From a virus (taxonomy: Duplodnaviria > Caudoviricetes), in IMG/VR virus record IMGVR_UViG_3300037067_011302, positions 96,001-160,000 of that record: 64,000 bases of DNA; one strand, 5' to 3'. Positions 47,906 to 58,507 of the stretch are shown here, in pieces. Position 1 is the stretch's first letter, and each line of letters begins with the position of its first letter. The translations under genes and the position numbers were made by a program. Under the pieces are notes generated by a model, which had not been told where the DNA came from, did not search any database, and worked only from the letters and a program-made list of their open reading frames with translations.

Positions 47906-48373
47906 ATGGGAACGTATAGCTTCAAGAGCAGCGGAAAAACGAGCGTTCAAAAAGTTGATGAAACGCCTGCAGAAACGCCTCTACCGATCGGCATCGTCAC
48001 TCCTCTCAGGCTCGGAGATCAACACGGTTTTTTGGCGATGCACACATCGCTCGCTGATCAAATGCACGACAACCTGAGAAACTTACTTCTCACAAATTGG
48101 GGCAGTAGACTAGGACAGTTTGACCTCGGAGGAAACTTACGACCATTGTTATCAGAGTTCACGACGCAGGATGACTTTGACACTCAGGCGATCGAACGAA
48201 TACGTAGTGCTGTAGGAAAGTGGATGTCATTCATATCATTGAACGATTTTTCTTCTGTCGTTGACCACGTTGACAACAAGCACACGGGAACCGTATTACT
48301 GACAATCACGTACGACATTCCTCTACTGAACGTCAAGGGACGCAAGTTGTTGCTCACTCTCTATGTGATGTAG
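47906..48373 (+). CDS. Baseplate wedge protein gp25/GpW-like
   Basis: 'NLRNLLLTNWGSR...GGNLRPLL.E...I..AVGKWM.FI'. Confidence 0.85.
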   Translation: MGTYSFKSSGKTSVQKVDETPAETPLPIGIVTPLRLGDQHGFLAMHTSLADQMHDNLRNLLLTNWGSRLGQFDLGGNLRPLLSEFTTQDDFDTQAIERIRSAVGKWMSFISLNDFSSVVDHVDNKHTGTVLLTITYDIPLLNVKGRKLLLTLYVM

Positions 48374-48375
48374 GA

Positions 48376-48918
48376 TCAATGATCTCTTTCTAGTTCTTCT
48401 TCAATATCTAGAAGATCTGCCCAAAAACCATTTCCTTCTGAATCCTCACCAGCGAGCGTAAAATCGAAACCATCACCGCCCGTAGCATCAATGAGTTGTT
48501 GGAGTGAATCATATCCCTCGCTATTCATAGTTTCTTGAATTTTCTTTTGAACGTTGCGAGGCAGTGCATTGAACGCAGCATCATAATCAAAAGCGTCTTT
48601 CGCACCAGGAACGTTAAATTCAATCCATCCTGGATCATTCGGTAGTGGACCGTTATTTCCATTCATGTCTGCACAAGATGGATGATAATGAAACTTTATT
48701 CCGTTGCCTCGTGGTGTGCCAAAGTCATCTTCTGTTGAAGTGCCAAAAATATCATCGTGTTGTTTCTTAGAGAACGCATCACATCCTACGTTTGGACACT
48801 CAACGCTGTTCATTCCAATGTACGCGTCTTTTCCACCACATTGTGGACACGTTGCCTCGTGGACAATGTGTTCAATGAGAGTACGTAGTCGTTTCATTGA
48901 CAATTTCATAGTCTTCAT
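48376..48918 (-). CDS. Zinc-ribbon protein with an 'LRTLIEHIVHE' leader
   Basis: Counter-oriented; CPQC..CPNVGC module shared with 62906..63583; ATATTTA upstream. Confidence 0.7.
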   Translation of the reverse strand: MKTMKLSMKRLRTLIEHIVHEATCPQCGGKDAYIGMNSVECPNVGCDAFSKKQHDDIFGTSTEDDFGTPRGNGIKFHYHPSCADMNGNNGPLPNDPGWIEFNVPGAKDAFDYDAAFNALPRNVQKKIQETMNSEGYDSLQQLIDATGGDGFDFTLAGEDSEGNGFWADLLDIEEELERDH

Positions 48919-48940
48919 GGTATAGTTTGACTCCAAATGT

Positions 48941-48947
48941 TAAATAT
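48941..48947 (-). promoter_or_regulatory. Putative late-promoter motif ATATTTA
   Basis: Upstream of a GGAG RBS and ATG 48918. Confidence 0.5.
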
Positions 48948-49047
48948 TAGCTTTTTTCAGTGCACATAACAATTAACCTGTCACGATTGTGACGCAATCT
49001 ACGAAGCAGGAAGAGTTGGAACCCACGACGATACCTACAATAGGCAC

Positions 49048-50892
49048 ATGACTCTCAAGCGTGATGATCTCAAGAGCGTGCGACAACGTAGGTACGTCGC
49101 AAAGGACTTCGATGGACTACGTGCTCTGTTGTTGGAATACGTTCGCCTTTACTATCCCGACAGGATCAAAGATTTTTCTGAGACGTCTGTCGGTGGAATG
49201 TTTCTTGAGCTCGCCGCGTATGTAGGCGACAATCTATCGTTTTACCTCGATCACCAGTACGGTGAGCTCAATCCTACGACCGCCGTCGAGACGACGAACA
49301 TCGAACGTGCACTGAAGATTGCCGGCGTGCCGATCGTCGGAGCGGCTCCGGCACTCGTTTCTGTGATGTGCTACGTTCAGGTGCCCGCAGAAAAGGTTTC
49401 AAACGTTCAGGGACCGATGACGTCAGCAATTCCAACAGCACTGGCTGGTTCAATATTTTCGGCTGACAATGGCACGGTGTTCATTCTGTTGGAGGACATT
49501 GACTTCAATAAGAAACGTTCCGACGGAAAGTACGTTGCCGACGTACGTGTAAGTCAAAAGACGACAACGGGAGTTCCGACATCGTACGTCATGGCGTTGG
49601 CTGGACTGTGCATTTCTGGTGCTGAGACGACGGAAAGCGTCACATTGTCGGGTCCATTTGAGGCATTCAAGAAGATCACGCTTTCATACGCAAATGTATC
49701 GGAAATCGTTAGTGTGTACGACGATCTAGGAAACACATACTATCAGGTCAATTCACTGTCTCACGATGTCGTCTACAAGAATGTCTTGAACACCTCAAAG
49801 GACACCGACCTCGTGAAGGATGTCATCAAGATCATTCCTGCGCCGTATAGGTTCATTACGTCAGTCGACCTAGCATCAAGGAGGACGACATTGACGATGG
49901 GAGGAGGCAGCGCTGACACGTTGGAAGACGATGTAATTCCTGATCCTGCCGACTTTGCAATATCGTTCCCATACAGCAAGACATTCTCAAGGATCTCAAT
50001 AGATCCGAACAAACTGTTGCAGACGAAGACGCTCGGCGTCTGTGCAACTGACACAACGTTGTCGATCACGTACAGGTACGGTGGAGGACTCAGCCACAGC
50101 GTTCCACCCAACACGATTCGAACCGTCAAATCGTTGAAGATGCAATTTCCAAACAGTCCACAACCGGCAACTGCATCACAGGTTCGTACGAGCCTTGAGG
50201 TCTCAAATCCGCGTGAGGCGGCAGGAAGCGACGATGCTCCGACCGCGGACGAGTTGAAGATGCTGATTCCTCAATATAGGAGCGCTCAGGAACGAATCGT
50301 TTCACGTGAAGATCTGCTTGCACGAGTGTACACATTGCCATCAAACTTTGGGCGTGTGTTTAGGGCAGCTGTCAGGTCGAATCCAAACAATCCATTGGCA
50401 CTACAGTTGTTCATCATCTCAAGGAACGCCGACAGTCAATTGATCGTGTCTCCTGACACGCTCAAGCAGAACCTGAGGACGTACCTAAATCCGTACAGAT
50501 CAATTTCAGATGCCATTGATGTCATTGATGCCAGAGTCATCAACGTAAAGTTAGACTTCGACGTCCTGTTGGATCCGTCGTTGAACAAGAGCATCGTCAT
50601 GCAGACGATCCTCAAGAAGTTGCAGAAGACGATGGACATCAAGAACTTCCAAATCGATCAACCGATCGTGATTGAAGACGTGAGAGACGTCATCTTCTCA
50701 ACGCCCGGTGTCGTGTCGGTGAATGGAATAAAGTTCGACAGTGTGAACGGCATTGTCGGCACTCGAACGTATAGTACAGAAGTGTTTGACGTTGCTGCAA
50801 ATACAAACAAAGGAATCATATTCCCAACGGGAGGCGCAATCTTTGAGTGTCGCTATCCAGAATATGACATCACCGGAAAGGTAACTGGTTAA
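49048..50892 (+). CDS. Baseplate wedge protein (T4 gp6/baseplate J-like)
   Basis: 'KDFDGLR..L..Y...YYP...DFSE.S.G.MF.EL.AYVGD.LSFYLD', 'YRYGGG', 'AQERIVSRED'. Confidence 0.88.
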   Translation: MTLKRDDLKSVRQRRYVAKDFDGLRALLLEYVRLYYPDRIKDFSETSVGGMFLELAAYVGDNLSFYLDHQYGELNPTTAVETTNIERALKIAGVPIVGAAPALVSVMCYVQVPAEKVSNVQGPMTSAIPTALAGSIFSADNGTVFILLEDIDFNKKRSDGKYVADVRVSQKTTTGVPTSYVMALAGLCISGAETTESVTLSGPFEAFKKITLSYANVSEIVSVYDDLGNTYYQVNSLSHDVVYKNVLNTSKDTDLVKDVIKIIPAPYRFITSVDLASRRTTLTMGGGSADTLEDDVIPDPADFAISFPYSKTFSRISIDPNKLLQTKTLGVCATDTTLSITYRYGGGLSHSVPPNTIRTVKSLKMQFPNSPQPATASQVRTSLEVSNPREAAGSDDAPTADELKMLIPQYRSAQERIVSREDLLARVYTLPSNFGRVFRAAVRSNPNNPLALQLFIISRNADSQLIVSPDTLKQNLRTYLNPYRSISDAIDVIDARVINVKLDFDVLLDPSLNKSIVMQTILKKLQKTMDIKNFQIDQPIVIEDVRDVIFSTPGVVSVNGIKFDSVNGIVGTRTYSTEVFDVAANTNKGIIFPTGGAIFECRYPEYDITGKVTG

Positions 50893-52409
50893 TGTATCGC
50901 ATCTATCGTGCCGACAAGGACGCATACATCACGGATCGCGTGATCAACACGGTGCGTCGCACCGGAGCAAACACTGGTAGGTGTGGTACGCTTGACCTGT
51001 TTAAGTTGTACGGGTACAACGTCAGCGGTTCATCTGCAGAACCACTGTATGAACTCTCGAGGTTACTTGTCCACTTTGACATCACTGGACTACGAACGTT
51101 GTTCGACGACGGGAAGTTTGATCCTGGAAATTCGAGCTTTTCATGCACTCTCAAGTTGTTCGACGTCTACGGTGGACAACCCACACCTGCAAATTTTACC
51201 GTCACGGCGTCACCATTGTCACGCTCGTTTGACGAAGGCTTGGGACGTGACCTCGTGCAGTACGCCGACACGGATGCGTGCAACTTTCTGACGGCTTCAT
51301 GGACATCAGGCAGCTGGTATGCAAGTGGGTGCGGCCTCGGCGGCGTGTCTGGGCAGTCTGTCGATTTCATTACGTCATCGTTGGCAGGAACTTCACTATC
51401 GTCAGAACAACTGTTTCACACCGGTGAAGAGGACCTTGAACTTGACGTCACGACTGTCATTTCTGCAACGTTGGCAGGCACGATCGACGATCACGGGTTT
51501 AGAATTGCACTGTCGTCTAGCCTAGAGGACGACGTTCACACCTACTTCGTCAAGAGATTTGCGTCTCGTCACGCGTACGATGAAAGCAAGCACCCAAGGT
51601 TGATCGTCAGGTACGATGATTCAATCGAGGACGATTCGCAAGACCTGTACCTCGACGCAACCAGCACGTTGTTCATGCACAATTACGTCAGAGGAGTGCA
51701 CGCAATATTAGCGTCAGGTTCGGCGTTGACGCCGATCACGGGAACAAACTGCGTGATCCTAAAATTGTCGACTGACATTTCAGGCGGTACATACACGTTG
51801 GCGTTCTCGGGTTCTCAACACTTCTCTGGCATCAACGCGGTGATGGGTGTCTATTCAGCGAGCGTCTACATTCCATCGACGAATGCGAACGTCATCTCAA
51901 AGTTGGCACTGTCAAGTTCAATCGCGTTCACGCCAGTGTGGGGTTCCGTTGATGGTTCTGTCGGGTACGTGACCGGGTCAACGATCTATGCGTACCCTGC
52001 GCAACGTGTTGCTGCAACGATCGATTCGTCTAGGTACCACGTCAACATTTATGGTCTCAGGGAGAGCTACAACACGACTGACACAATCTCTGCACGTGTT
52101 AACGTGCTTGACCATTCATCGCCGACGATCAGGCTGGTGAAGACACCTGTCGAACTTCCTGGAGTCGTCCTACGCGATGTTCACTTTCAGGTCCGCGACG
52201 CTGTGACGAACGTCATCGAGATTCCATTTGACACGGTGTACAATTCAACGAGGTGCTCGAGCGATTCAATGGGAATGTATTTTTCGATTGACGCATCGTC
52301 GTTGACGAAGGATCGTTCATACGTTGTGGACGTGTCAATGAACGTCGGCGATGGAAGGCACGTCTACAAGGCAGCATCTCCTACGTTTAGAGTGAGCGAC
52401 GTTCAGTGA
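50892..52409 (+). CDS. Putative baseplate/tail structural protein
   Basis: Coupled to the gp6-like gene; 'ADKDAYIT...SRLLVHFD...FASR...PRLIVRYDD'. Confidence 0.6.
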   Translation: MYRIYRADKDAYITDRVINTVRRTGANTGRCGTLDLFKLYGYNVSGSSAEPLYELSRLLVHFDITGLRTLFDDGKFDPGNSSFSCTLKLFDVYGGQPTPANFTVTASPLSRSFDEGLGRDLVQYADTDACNFLTASWTSGSWYASGCGLGGVSGQSVDFITSSLAGTSLSSEQLFHTGEEDLELDVTTVISATLAGTIDDHGFRIALSSSLEDDVHTYFVKRFASRHAYDESKHPRLIVRYDDSIEDDSQDLYLDATSTLFMHNYVRGVHAILASGSALTPITGTNCVILKLSTDISGGTYTLAFSGSQHFSGINAVMGVYSASVYIPSTNANVISKLALSSSIAFTPVWGSVDGSVGYVTGSTIYAYPAQRVAATIDSSRYHVNIYGLRESYNTTDTISARVNVLDHSSPTIRLVKTPVELPGVVLRDVHFQVRDAVTNVIEIPFDTVYNSTRCSSDSMGMYFSIDASSLTKDRSYVVDVSMNVGDGRHVYKAASPTFRVSDVQ

Positions 52410-52438
52410 GGTATTATCTCTCTTGCTATGGAGTAATT

Positions 52439-53638
52439 GTGTCTCATTTATCACACAAAATCAGGCTATATCCGAACAAACAGGTCTTGAACTATTTCGT
52501 TCAAGCCGTGGGTACGGCGCGATTTTCCTGGAATTGGGCACTTGCTAAGTGGCAGGAACTCTATAAAAAAGGCGTCAAGGATCTTTCAGGATACACACTC
52601 GATAAGGAATTCAATAGGATCAAAAAGGAAGAATTTCCTTGGACGAAAGAAATAGCTGCGCATATTACTGATGTGTCGATTCAAAATCTTGGAAATGCGT
52701 TCAAGAGGTTCTTTAATAAGAAATCGGGATATCCAAAATTCAAGAAGAGAGGTGTTTCAAAGGAATCATTCTATGTTAGGTTGAACAATTCGAAAGTCGT
52801 AGGTAAGTTTCTAAGGATTCCACGTCTCAAGTCATCAATTCGAATGGCTGAAGAAGTGAGGTTTCCTGGAAAGATCAAAAGTGCGGTGATCTCGAAGGGT
52901 TCCAACGGAAATTGGTACGCATCCTTTGGGATCGAGTTGGATGAGTCATACGTCTATCCACACAAGTGTGAGAGCCAAGCACGAGTTGGTGTGGACCTCG
53001 GAATCAAGACGCTCGCCGTCTGTTCCAACGGAACAAGGTTTGAGAACCCGAAGTGTTACAGGACACGTGAGAGGAAGATCAGGTCGTTGAGCCAATCTCT
53101 CTGCCGAAAGAAGAGAGGTTCTTCGAACCGGATGAAGGCACGGATTAAGTTAGCATGTGCTCACGTGAGGATCAGGCGGATTAGATTGGACGCAATTCAT
53201 AAGATGACCTCTATGATCGTGAAAAGGTTCAAAGTGATCTGCATCGAGGATCTCAACGTTAAAGGCATGCTCAAGAACCACTGTCTTGCGAAGTCAATTT
53301 CTGACGCATCATTTTCTGAGATTCGGCGTCAATTGGTGTACAAGTCGAAGTTGAGTGGGTCAAAGTTGATCATCGTGAATAGATTTTTCCCATCGAGCAA
53401 GTTGTGTTCCGATTGCGGACACAAGATGGAAGAACTTGATCTCTCGATCCGTGAATGGGTGTGTCCTGAATGTGGTGTTGTTCACGATCGTGACCTGAAC
53501 GCTGCACAAAATTTGGAAAAGTGGGTCGCCCCGGGACATGAGGAGACCAAAAACGCCCGTGGAGATGGTGTTAGACGAGCGAGGGTTCGCAAGAACCCAC
53601 GTGAGCAGCTGTCTGTGAAGCAGGAAGTCACATTGTGA
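52439..53638 (+). CDS. tnpB: RNA-guided nuclease TnpB (IS200/IS605/IS607 OrfB; no tnpA)
   Basis: 'HKIRLYPN' HTH, GVDLG, IEDL, PSSKLCSDC..CPEC, DRDLNAA; GTG start at 52439 with GGAG RBS. Confidence 0.95.
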   Translation: MSHLSHKIRLYPNKQVLNYFVQAVGTARFSWNWALAKWQELYKKGVKDLSGYTLDKEFNRIKKEEFPWTKEIAAHITDVSIQNLGNAFKRFFNKKSGYPKFKKRGVSKESFYVRLNNSKVVGKFLRIPRLKSSIRMAEEVRFPGKIKSAVISKGSNGNWYASFGIELDESYVYPHKCESQARVGVDLGIKTLAVCSNGTRFENPKCYRTRERKIRSLSQSLCRKKRGSSNRMKARIKLACAHVRIRRIRLDAIHKMTSMIVKRFKVICIEDLNVKGMLKNHCLAKSISDASFSEIRRQLVYKSKLSGSKLIIVNRFFPSSKLCSDCGHKMEELDLSIREWVCPECGVVHDRDLNAAQNLEKWVAPGHEETKNARGDGVRRARVRKNPREQLSVKQEVTL

Positions 53639-53654
53639 CATATCAGAGGATCAG

Positions 53655-56600
53655 ATGACGACGAGGCACACAGTCACATCACCGTTCATTCCTTCATTCT
53701 TGATCGCTGCTGCCGAAGGAACGAGGCCTGTGCAGTTATCGTTCAATGACGTCAGCGACACGAATATGTTGAGCACGTCGTCATTCATGTACGATGCAGC
53801 CGATGCACCGATGAAGTCAACGCAGCAGCTCAACGTTGACTGGGCGCACTTCGAGAATCACACGTTCTTCATGTCGGCCGAGGCAAAGGTCAACCTAGCG
53901 TTCGACCAAATCATCAACGGATTTCCGTTCGATGGTTCTAGAAAGGACGTTGAAGAATTCTTTGAAAGGTTGACTGGGTACGACAAGTGGGTATTCAACG
54001 AATTTCCGAAGCACCGAGGACAACTGCGATTTTCGGGAGGTCCTGTCGGTTCTTACGTTGTCGTCGAGGACGTTGCCGGCGGACTCTATCCTGAACTGGC
54101 AAAGAACAAGACGGGTGAGTCAATCCTGAATCCCAAGGACGGTGCATCGCTCAGTGTAGAGATGCAGTTGTTCCTTCCAAAGGTCACGAACGATTGTCAG
54201 GTCGTGTGCCAAAAATTGAGCGGCAGCACGCAGGGATTTTCGCTGTACGTTTCAGCGAGTTCACTTACGTCAAGTGCCGAGGCAATGTTCAGCGTCGTCT
54301 CGGGCACCACGTGTCTCACCGTGCCCTTCACGCTCGACAAGGGGTTGTATAACCACCTGTGCGTGTCGTTGAATCGAGAGGGCGGCCTGCACTATCTGGA
54401 AGCATTCCAGGGTGCGGTGCTCAGTTCCTCGACACAGGCCCGTGCCGTGATCGGCGACATGGACATCGATGATTCACAGTTCATCATAGGCTCAGGGACA
54501 ACGCTTTCGTTGGATGGAACCACGTTCACTCCGAAACAGACGTTGTCGGGTACGATCGATGAGCTACGAGTGTTCCACTCAACACGTACCGAATCGCAGC
54601 AGGCGTTGTACGCTCAGAAGGCGCTGTATTCGACGTCCGACCTCAAGCTCTACTACAGGTTCAATGAGCCACCGATGTTGGCGACTTCAGGCAGCACGAT
54701 CGATTCAATCGTCATTGATAGCAGCGGAAATGCACTTCACTCGTATGTCACTAACTTCACAGGAAGCTTGAGGGAAAATTCAGCGCTCGATGCACTCAAT
54801 CCGATGGTGTACGAAAAGGATGAAACGATTCCTGTCCTATTCCCAAAGTACGCTGGCGTCGTTGATTTCAACGTTGAATTGTTGGCAAGCGCGTCCGAAT
54901 ACGACAGAGCAAATCCAAACCTCATCACGAGGCTCGTTCCTGAACACTACCTGCTCGAGGGCGCAACGTTTGACGGATTTGATGAACCTGAGTGCAACGG
55001 CAATGATGCGTACTCCGGTGAAGGAATTCCCGGTGAGGGAAAGATCGGCAACGTGCAGATCATGTTGTCGTTGCTCTACGTGTACGCAAGATTTTTCGAC
55101 GAATTGAAGTTGTTCGTCGATGCGTTCAGCACGATTGGGTACGTTGACTACGACACGAACCTAAGCATGCCGAACAACTTCCTTCGTGACGTGATTTCGA
55201 GCTATGGTTTTGAGCTGCCTCCGTTGTTCAACGATTCGACGATCGAACAGTACATACGTGCCGAGAACATCGATCCGATGATCAGCACCGGTACGACGCC
55301 GTTGAAGAGCGTACAGCACGAATTGTTGCGACGTGTGTTGATCAACCTGCCGGACGTCATTCGTTCAAAGGGAACGCAGCACAGCATCAAGGCATTCCTA
55401 CGAACGATCGGCATCGATCCTGACAACAGCATGAGGATCAGGGAGTACGGCGGCCCGACGTCGCGGCACCTGACGTTCTCTCGAGAAAAGAAACGTGACG
55501 TCATGACGATGGTCGAATTTTCAACGTCATCGTACTTTGACACCGGAATATTGTCCGGCTCTCGCGTTGAGGTGGGATATCCCGAAGTCAGCGGCACGAT
55601 GGTCATGAAGGACATTTTTGCGCCGCACGGCGTCAGCGACAGTGTTGATGACGGAATGTTCACGTCAGGATCGTGGACAATCGAGGCAACGTATGCATAC
55701 AAGAAGACGCACGTTTCCTCGATGACGAATGCGACGCAGAGCCTCGTGAGGATGAACCTCATCGGGTGCAACACCTACAATGAGCCCGTGGGGTCAGGAA
55801 TTGATCCACTTCTCGTTGCGAACTTGCTGGCGATTTCATCGTCAGTCGATCCCAGGATCTCCCTGTACATCAAGCCGACGATCTTGAATCGACCGATTGA
55901 CGCTCCACTCGTGTTGACGTTGGACATTCCGACGGGAACGTTCTTTGACGGTGACGTGTGGCAGGTGTCGTTCGGGTGCCAACGAAATGATGAAATCGAT
56001 TCATTGACATCATCGTCGTACTTCTTACGCGTGGCATGTCAGAACAACGGAGAGATCTGGCACAGTCAGTCGACGTCGTCATACTACGATGATTCTGTGC
56101 AACACCTTGCAGGCAATCCCGACTATCCTAACGTTCTACGTAGCAAGTCGCTCGTCACTAGTCCTAGCCACGACCCTCACTTGAACATGGACGGCGTCGG
56201 AATCACATTGTCGATGGGAACAAATCAATCGATCGCGTCAGGCCCAGGGGGTGACTATTTCTTGTTGAATACGACGGACGTTAATGTTCCTCCTGAAGCT
56301 CGAGCGACCGACTTCAATGGCATGGCGTCGAACCTTAGGTTCTGGTCGAAGGCACTGACGACAGACGAGTGGAAAGAACACGTGCTGAACTACAACTCAC
56401 GCGGCGTTCATGATCCATTGGTGAACTTTAACTTTGAGCACGTTCGCACCGGTTCGTTCGAACGTCTAAGGCTTGAGACATTGTGTAAACAGGACACCCG
56501 TCGAGCAATTGCAACGGCAAGCCTAGGAATCCTGGGAACGATTGAATTTCTTGACTTCAGTCAGAACGGCATTCATTGTTCTGGTAGCGGTTTTCCAATC

Positions 56601-57209
56601 GAAAAAGACTGCGTGAAGCCGACGATGATTGACTTCAGCTACGTTTCGCCGAGGTTCGATGAGGCGGTCACTGATGAAAAGGTGAGGATCAGGAGCTACA
56701 ATGATCAAGCGCTCGTCGATGCAACGCCCTGGGCAGCACACGCTCCTGTGTATGAACTGTTGAAGAGCGAAGAGCCCATGGACGACACGAGGTTTTCAGT
56801 TGAATTTTCGTTGACTGATGCGCTCGACAGGGACATCGTCACGATGTTTGCGACGTTGGACTCGTTCGACAATGCACTCGGCGCGCCGGAACTGTTGAAC
56901 TCACCTGACTATCCCGACCTGGCAAGGTTGCAGGACATTTACTTTCATCGCATCGGTGAGAAGTTGAACTTCAAGGCGTTCCATGAATTCTTCAGGTGGT
57001 TCGATTCATCGATCGGCACGTTCATTTCACAGCTCGTGCCGAAGAAGACCAATTTCAAGGGAGTGAACTTTACCGTGGAATCTCACATGTTGGAACGCTC
57101 TCACCTCGAATACTACCAGAATGAACAATATTTGTCGGAGACATCACGCGTGAGATTCAGTGATTCGTTGGTCCTACAACAGATCTTCGGAACGATCAAG
57201 AAATACTGA
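53655..57209 (+). CDS. Large baseplate/tail protein with LamG-like domains
   Basis: 1184 aa; 'SGTIDELRVF', 'LKLYYRFNE', 'RRVLINLP...SKGT..SI' (wedge-like), 'SNLRFWSKAL'. Confidence 0.7.
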   Translation: MTTRHTVTSPFIPSFLIAAAEGTRPVQLSFNDVSDTNMLSTSSFMYDAADAPMKSTQQLNVDWAHFENHTFFMSAEAKVNLAFDQIINGFPFDGSRKDVEEFFERLTGYDKWVFNEFPKHRGQLRFSGGPVGSYVVVEDVAGGLYPELAKNKTGESILNPKDGASLSVEMQLFLPKVTNDCQVVCQKLSGSTQGFSLYVSASSLTSSAEAMFSVVSGTTCLTVPFTLDKGLYNHLCVSLNREGGLHYLEAFQGAVLSSSTQARAVIGDMDIDDSQFIIGSGTTLSLDGTTFTPKQTLSGTIDELRVFHSTRTESQQALYAQKALYSTSDLKLYYRFNEPPMLATSGSTIDSIVIDSSGNALHSYVTNFTGSLRENSALDALNPMVYEKDETIPVLFPKYAGVVDFNVELLASASEYDRANPNLITRLVPEHYLLEGATFDGFDEPECNGNDAYSGEGIPGEGKIGNVQIMLSLLYVYARFFDELKLFVDAFSTIGYVDYDTNLSMPNNFLRDVISSYGFELPPLFNDSTIEQYIRAENIDPMISTGTTPLKSVQHELLRRVLINLPDVIRSKGTQHSIKAFLRTIGIDPDNSMRIREYGGPTSRHLTFSREKKRDVMTMVEFSTSSYFDTGILSGSRVEVGYPEVSGTMVMKDIFAPHGVSDSVDDGMFTSGSWTIEATYAYKKTHVSSMTNATQSLVRMNLIGCNTYNEPVGSGIDPLLVANLLAISSSVDPRISLYIKPTILNRPIDAPLVLTLDIPTGTFFDGDVWQVSFGCQRNDEIDSLTSSSYFLRVACQNNGEIWHSQSTSSYYDDSVQHLAGNPDYPNVLRSKSLVTSPSHDPHLNMDGVGITLSMGTNQSIASGPGGDYFLLNTTDVNVPPEARATDFNGMASNLRFWSKALTTDEWKEHVLNYNSRGVHDPLVNFNFEHVRTGSFERLRLETLCKQDTRRAIATASLGILGTIEFLDFSQNGIHCSGSGFPIEKDCVKPTMIDFSYVSPRFDEAVTDEKVRIRSYNDQALVDATPWAAHAPVYELLKSEEPMDDTRFSVEFSLTDALDRDIVTMFATLDSFDNALGAPELLNSPDYPDLARLQDIYFHRIGEKLNFKAFHEFFRWFDSSIGTFISQLVPKKTNFKGVNFTVESHMLERSHLEYYQNEQYLSETSRVRFSDSLVLQQIFGTIKKY

Positions 57210-57290
57210 CGAAGCTAAATAGCAATGTGCTAAATTGAACACATCGACAATTGATTCGTCGAATTGCATCATTTGTTGTAGGATGTAATC

Positions 57291-58487
57291 GTGCCTCACC
57301 TGACCCATAAAATCAGATTGTATCCAAACAAACAGGCCTTGAGTTACTTCGCTCAAGCAGCGGGTACGGCTCGATTTTCTTGGAACTGGGCACTCGCCAA
57401 GTGGCAGGAACTTTATAAACAGGGCATCAAGGGTCTCTCAGGGTACACACTTGACAAGGAATTCAATAGGATCAAGAAGGATGAATTTCCTTGGACGAGT
57501 GAAATGTCTTCACAAGTCACTCAGGTATCGATCCAAAATCTTGGAAAGGCGTTCAAGGGATTTTTCAATGGAAAAGGGTATCCAAAGTTCAAGAAGAGAG
57601 GTGCATCGAAAGAATCGTTTTATGTTGGACTGAATAATTCAAAAGTTGTAGGTAAATTCTTAAGGATCCCACGACTCAAGTCGTCAATTCTGATGGCGGA
57701 AGAAGTGAGGTTTTCTGGGAAAATTAAAAATGCAGTGATCTCGAAGGGTTCTGACGGAAACTGGTACGCTTCGTTCGGGATCGAGCTGGACGAAAGTTAC
57801 GTCTATCCACATAAGTGTGAGAGCCAAGCACGAGTCGGTGTGGACCTTGGAATCAAGACGTTAGCAGTCTGTTCCGATGGTACGAGATTCGAGAACCCAA
57901 AGAGTTACAGGACACGTGAGAGGAAGATCAAGTCGTTGAGCCAATCTCTTTGTAGAAAGAAAAGAGGTTCTTCGAATCGGATGAAGGCACGGATCAAGTT
58001 AGCATGTGCTCATGCAAGAATCAGGCGGATCAGGTTGGACGCGATTCACAAGATGACAACGTCAATCGTGAAGAGGTTCAGAGTGATCTGCATCGAAGAT
58101 CTCAACGTGAAAGGCATGTTAAAGAACCACTGCCTTGCGAAGTCAGTTTCAGATGCATCATTCTCTGAGATTCGACGTCAGTTGGCGTACAAATCGAAAC
58201 TGAGTGGGTCAGAGTTGAACATTGTGAATAGGTTCTTCCCATCGAGCAAATTGTGTTCAGATTGTGGGCACAAGATGGAAGAACTTGATCTTTCGATTCG
58301 TGAGTGGGATTGTCCTGAGTGTGGCGCGGTCCATGACAGGGACCTAAACGCCGCACAAAATTTAGAAAAGTGGGTCGCCTTGGGGCACAGGGAGACCGAA
58401 AACGCCTGTGGAGATGGTACAAGACGTGTAAAGGTTCGCAAGAACCCATCAACGCAACTATTTACGAAGCAGGAAGTCACACTGTGA
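57291..58487 (+). CDS. tnpB: RNA-guided nuclease TnpB (close paralogue of 52439..53638; no tnpA)
   Basis: Same motifs as the 52439 copy; catalytic D-E-D intact. Confidence 0.95.
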   Translation: MPHLTHKIRLYPNKQALSYFAQAAGTARFSWNWALAKWQELYKQGIKGLSGYTLDKEFNRIKKDEFPWTSEMSSQVTQVSIQNLGKAFKGFFNGKGYPKFKKRGASKESFYVGLNNSKVVGKFLRIPRLKSSILMAEEVRFSGKIKNAVISKGSDGNWYASFGIELDESYVYPHKCESQARVGVDLGIKTLAVCSDGTRFENPKSYRTRERKIKSLSQSLCRKKRGSSNRMKARIKLACAHARIRRIRLDAIHKMTTSIVKRFRVICIEDLNVKGMLKNHCLAKSVSDASFSEIRRQLAYKSKLSGSELNIVNRFFPSSKLCSDCGHKMEELDLSIREWDCPECGAVHDRDLNAAQNLEKWVALGHRETENACGDGTRRVKVRKNPSTQLFTKQEVTL

Positions 58488-58507
58488 TGTGTCAAGGATA
58501 GACGTAC

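Noticed and set aside
36671-58487. TnpBs as Cas12f effectors or nuclease-dead TldR regulators
   Set aside because: There is no CRISPR array, and all three RuvC acidic residues are intact in each copy.
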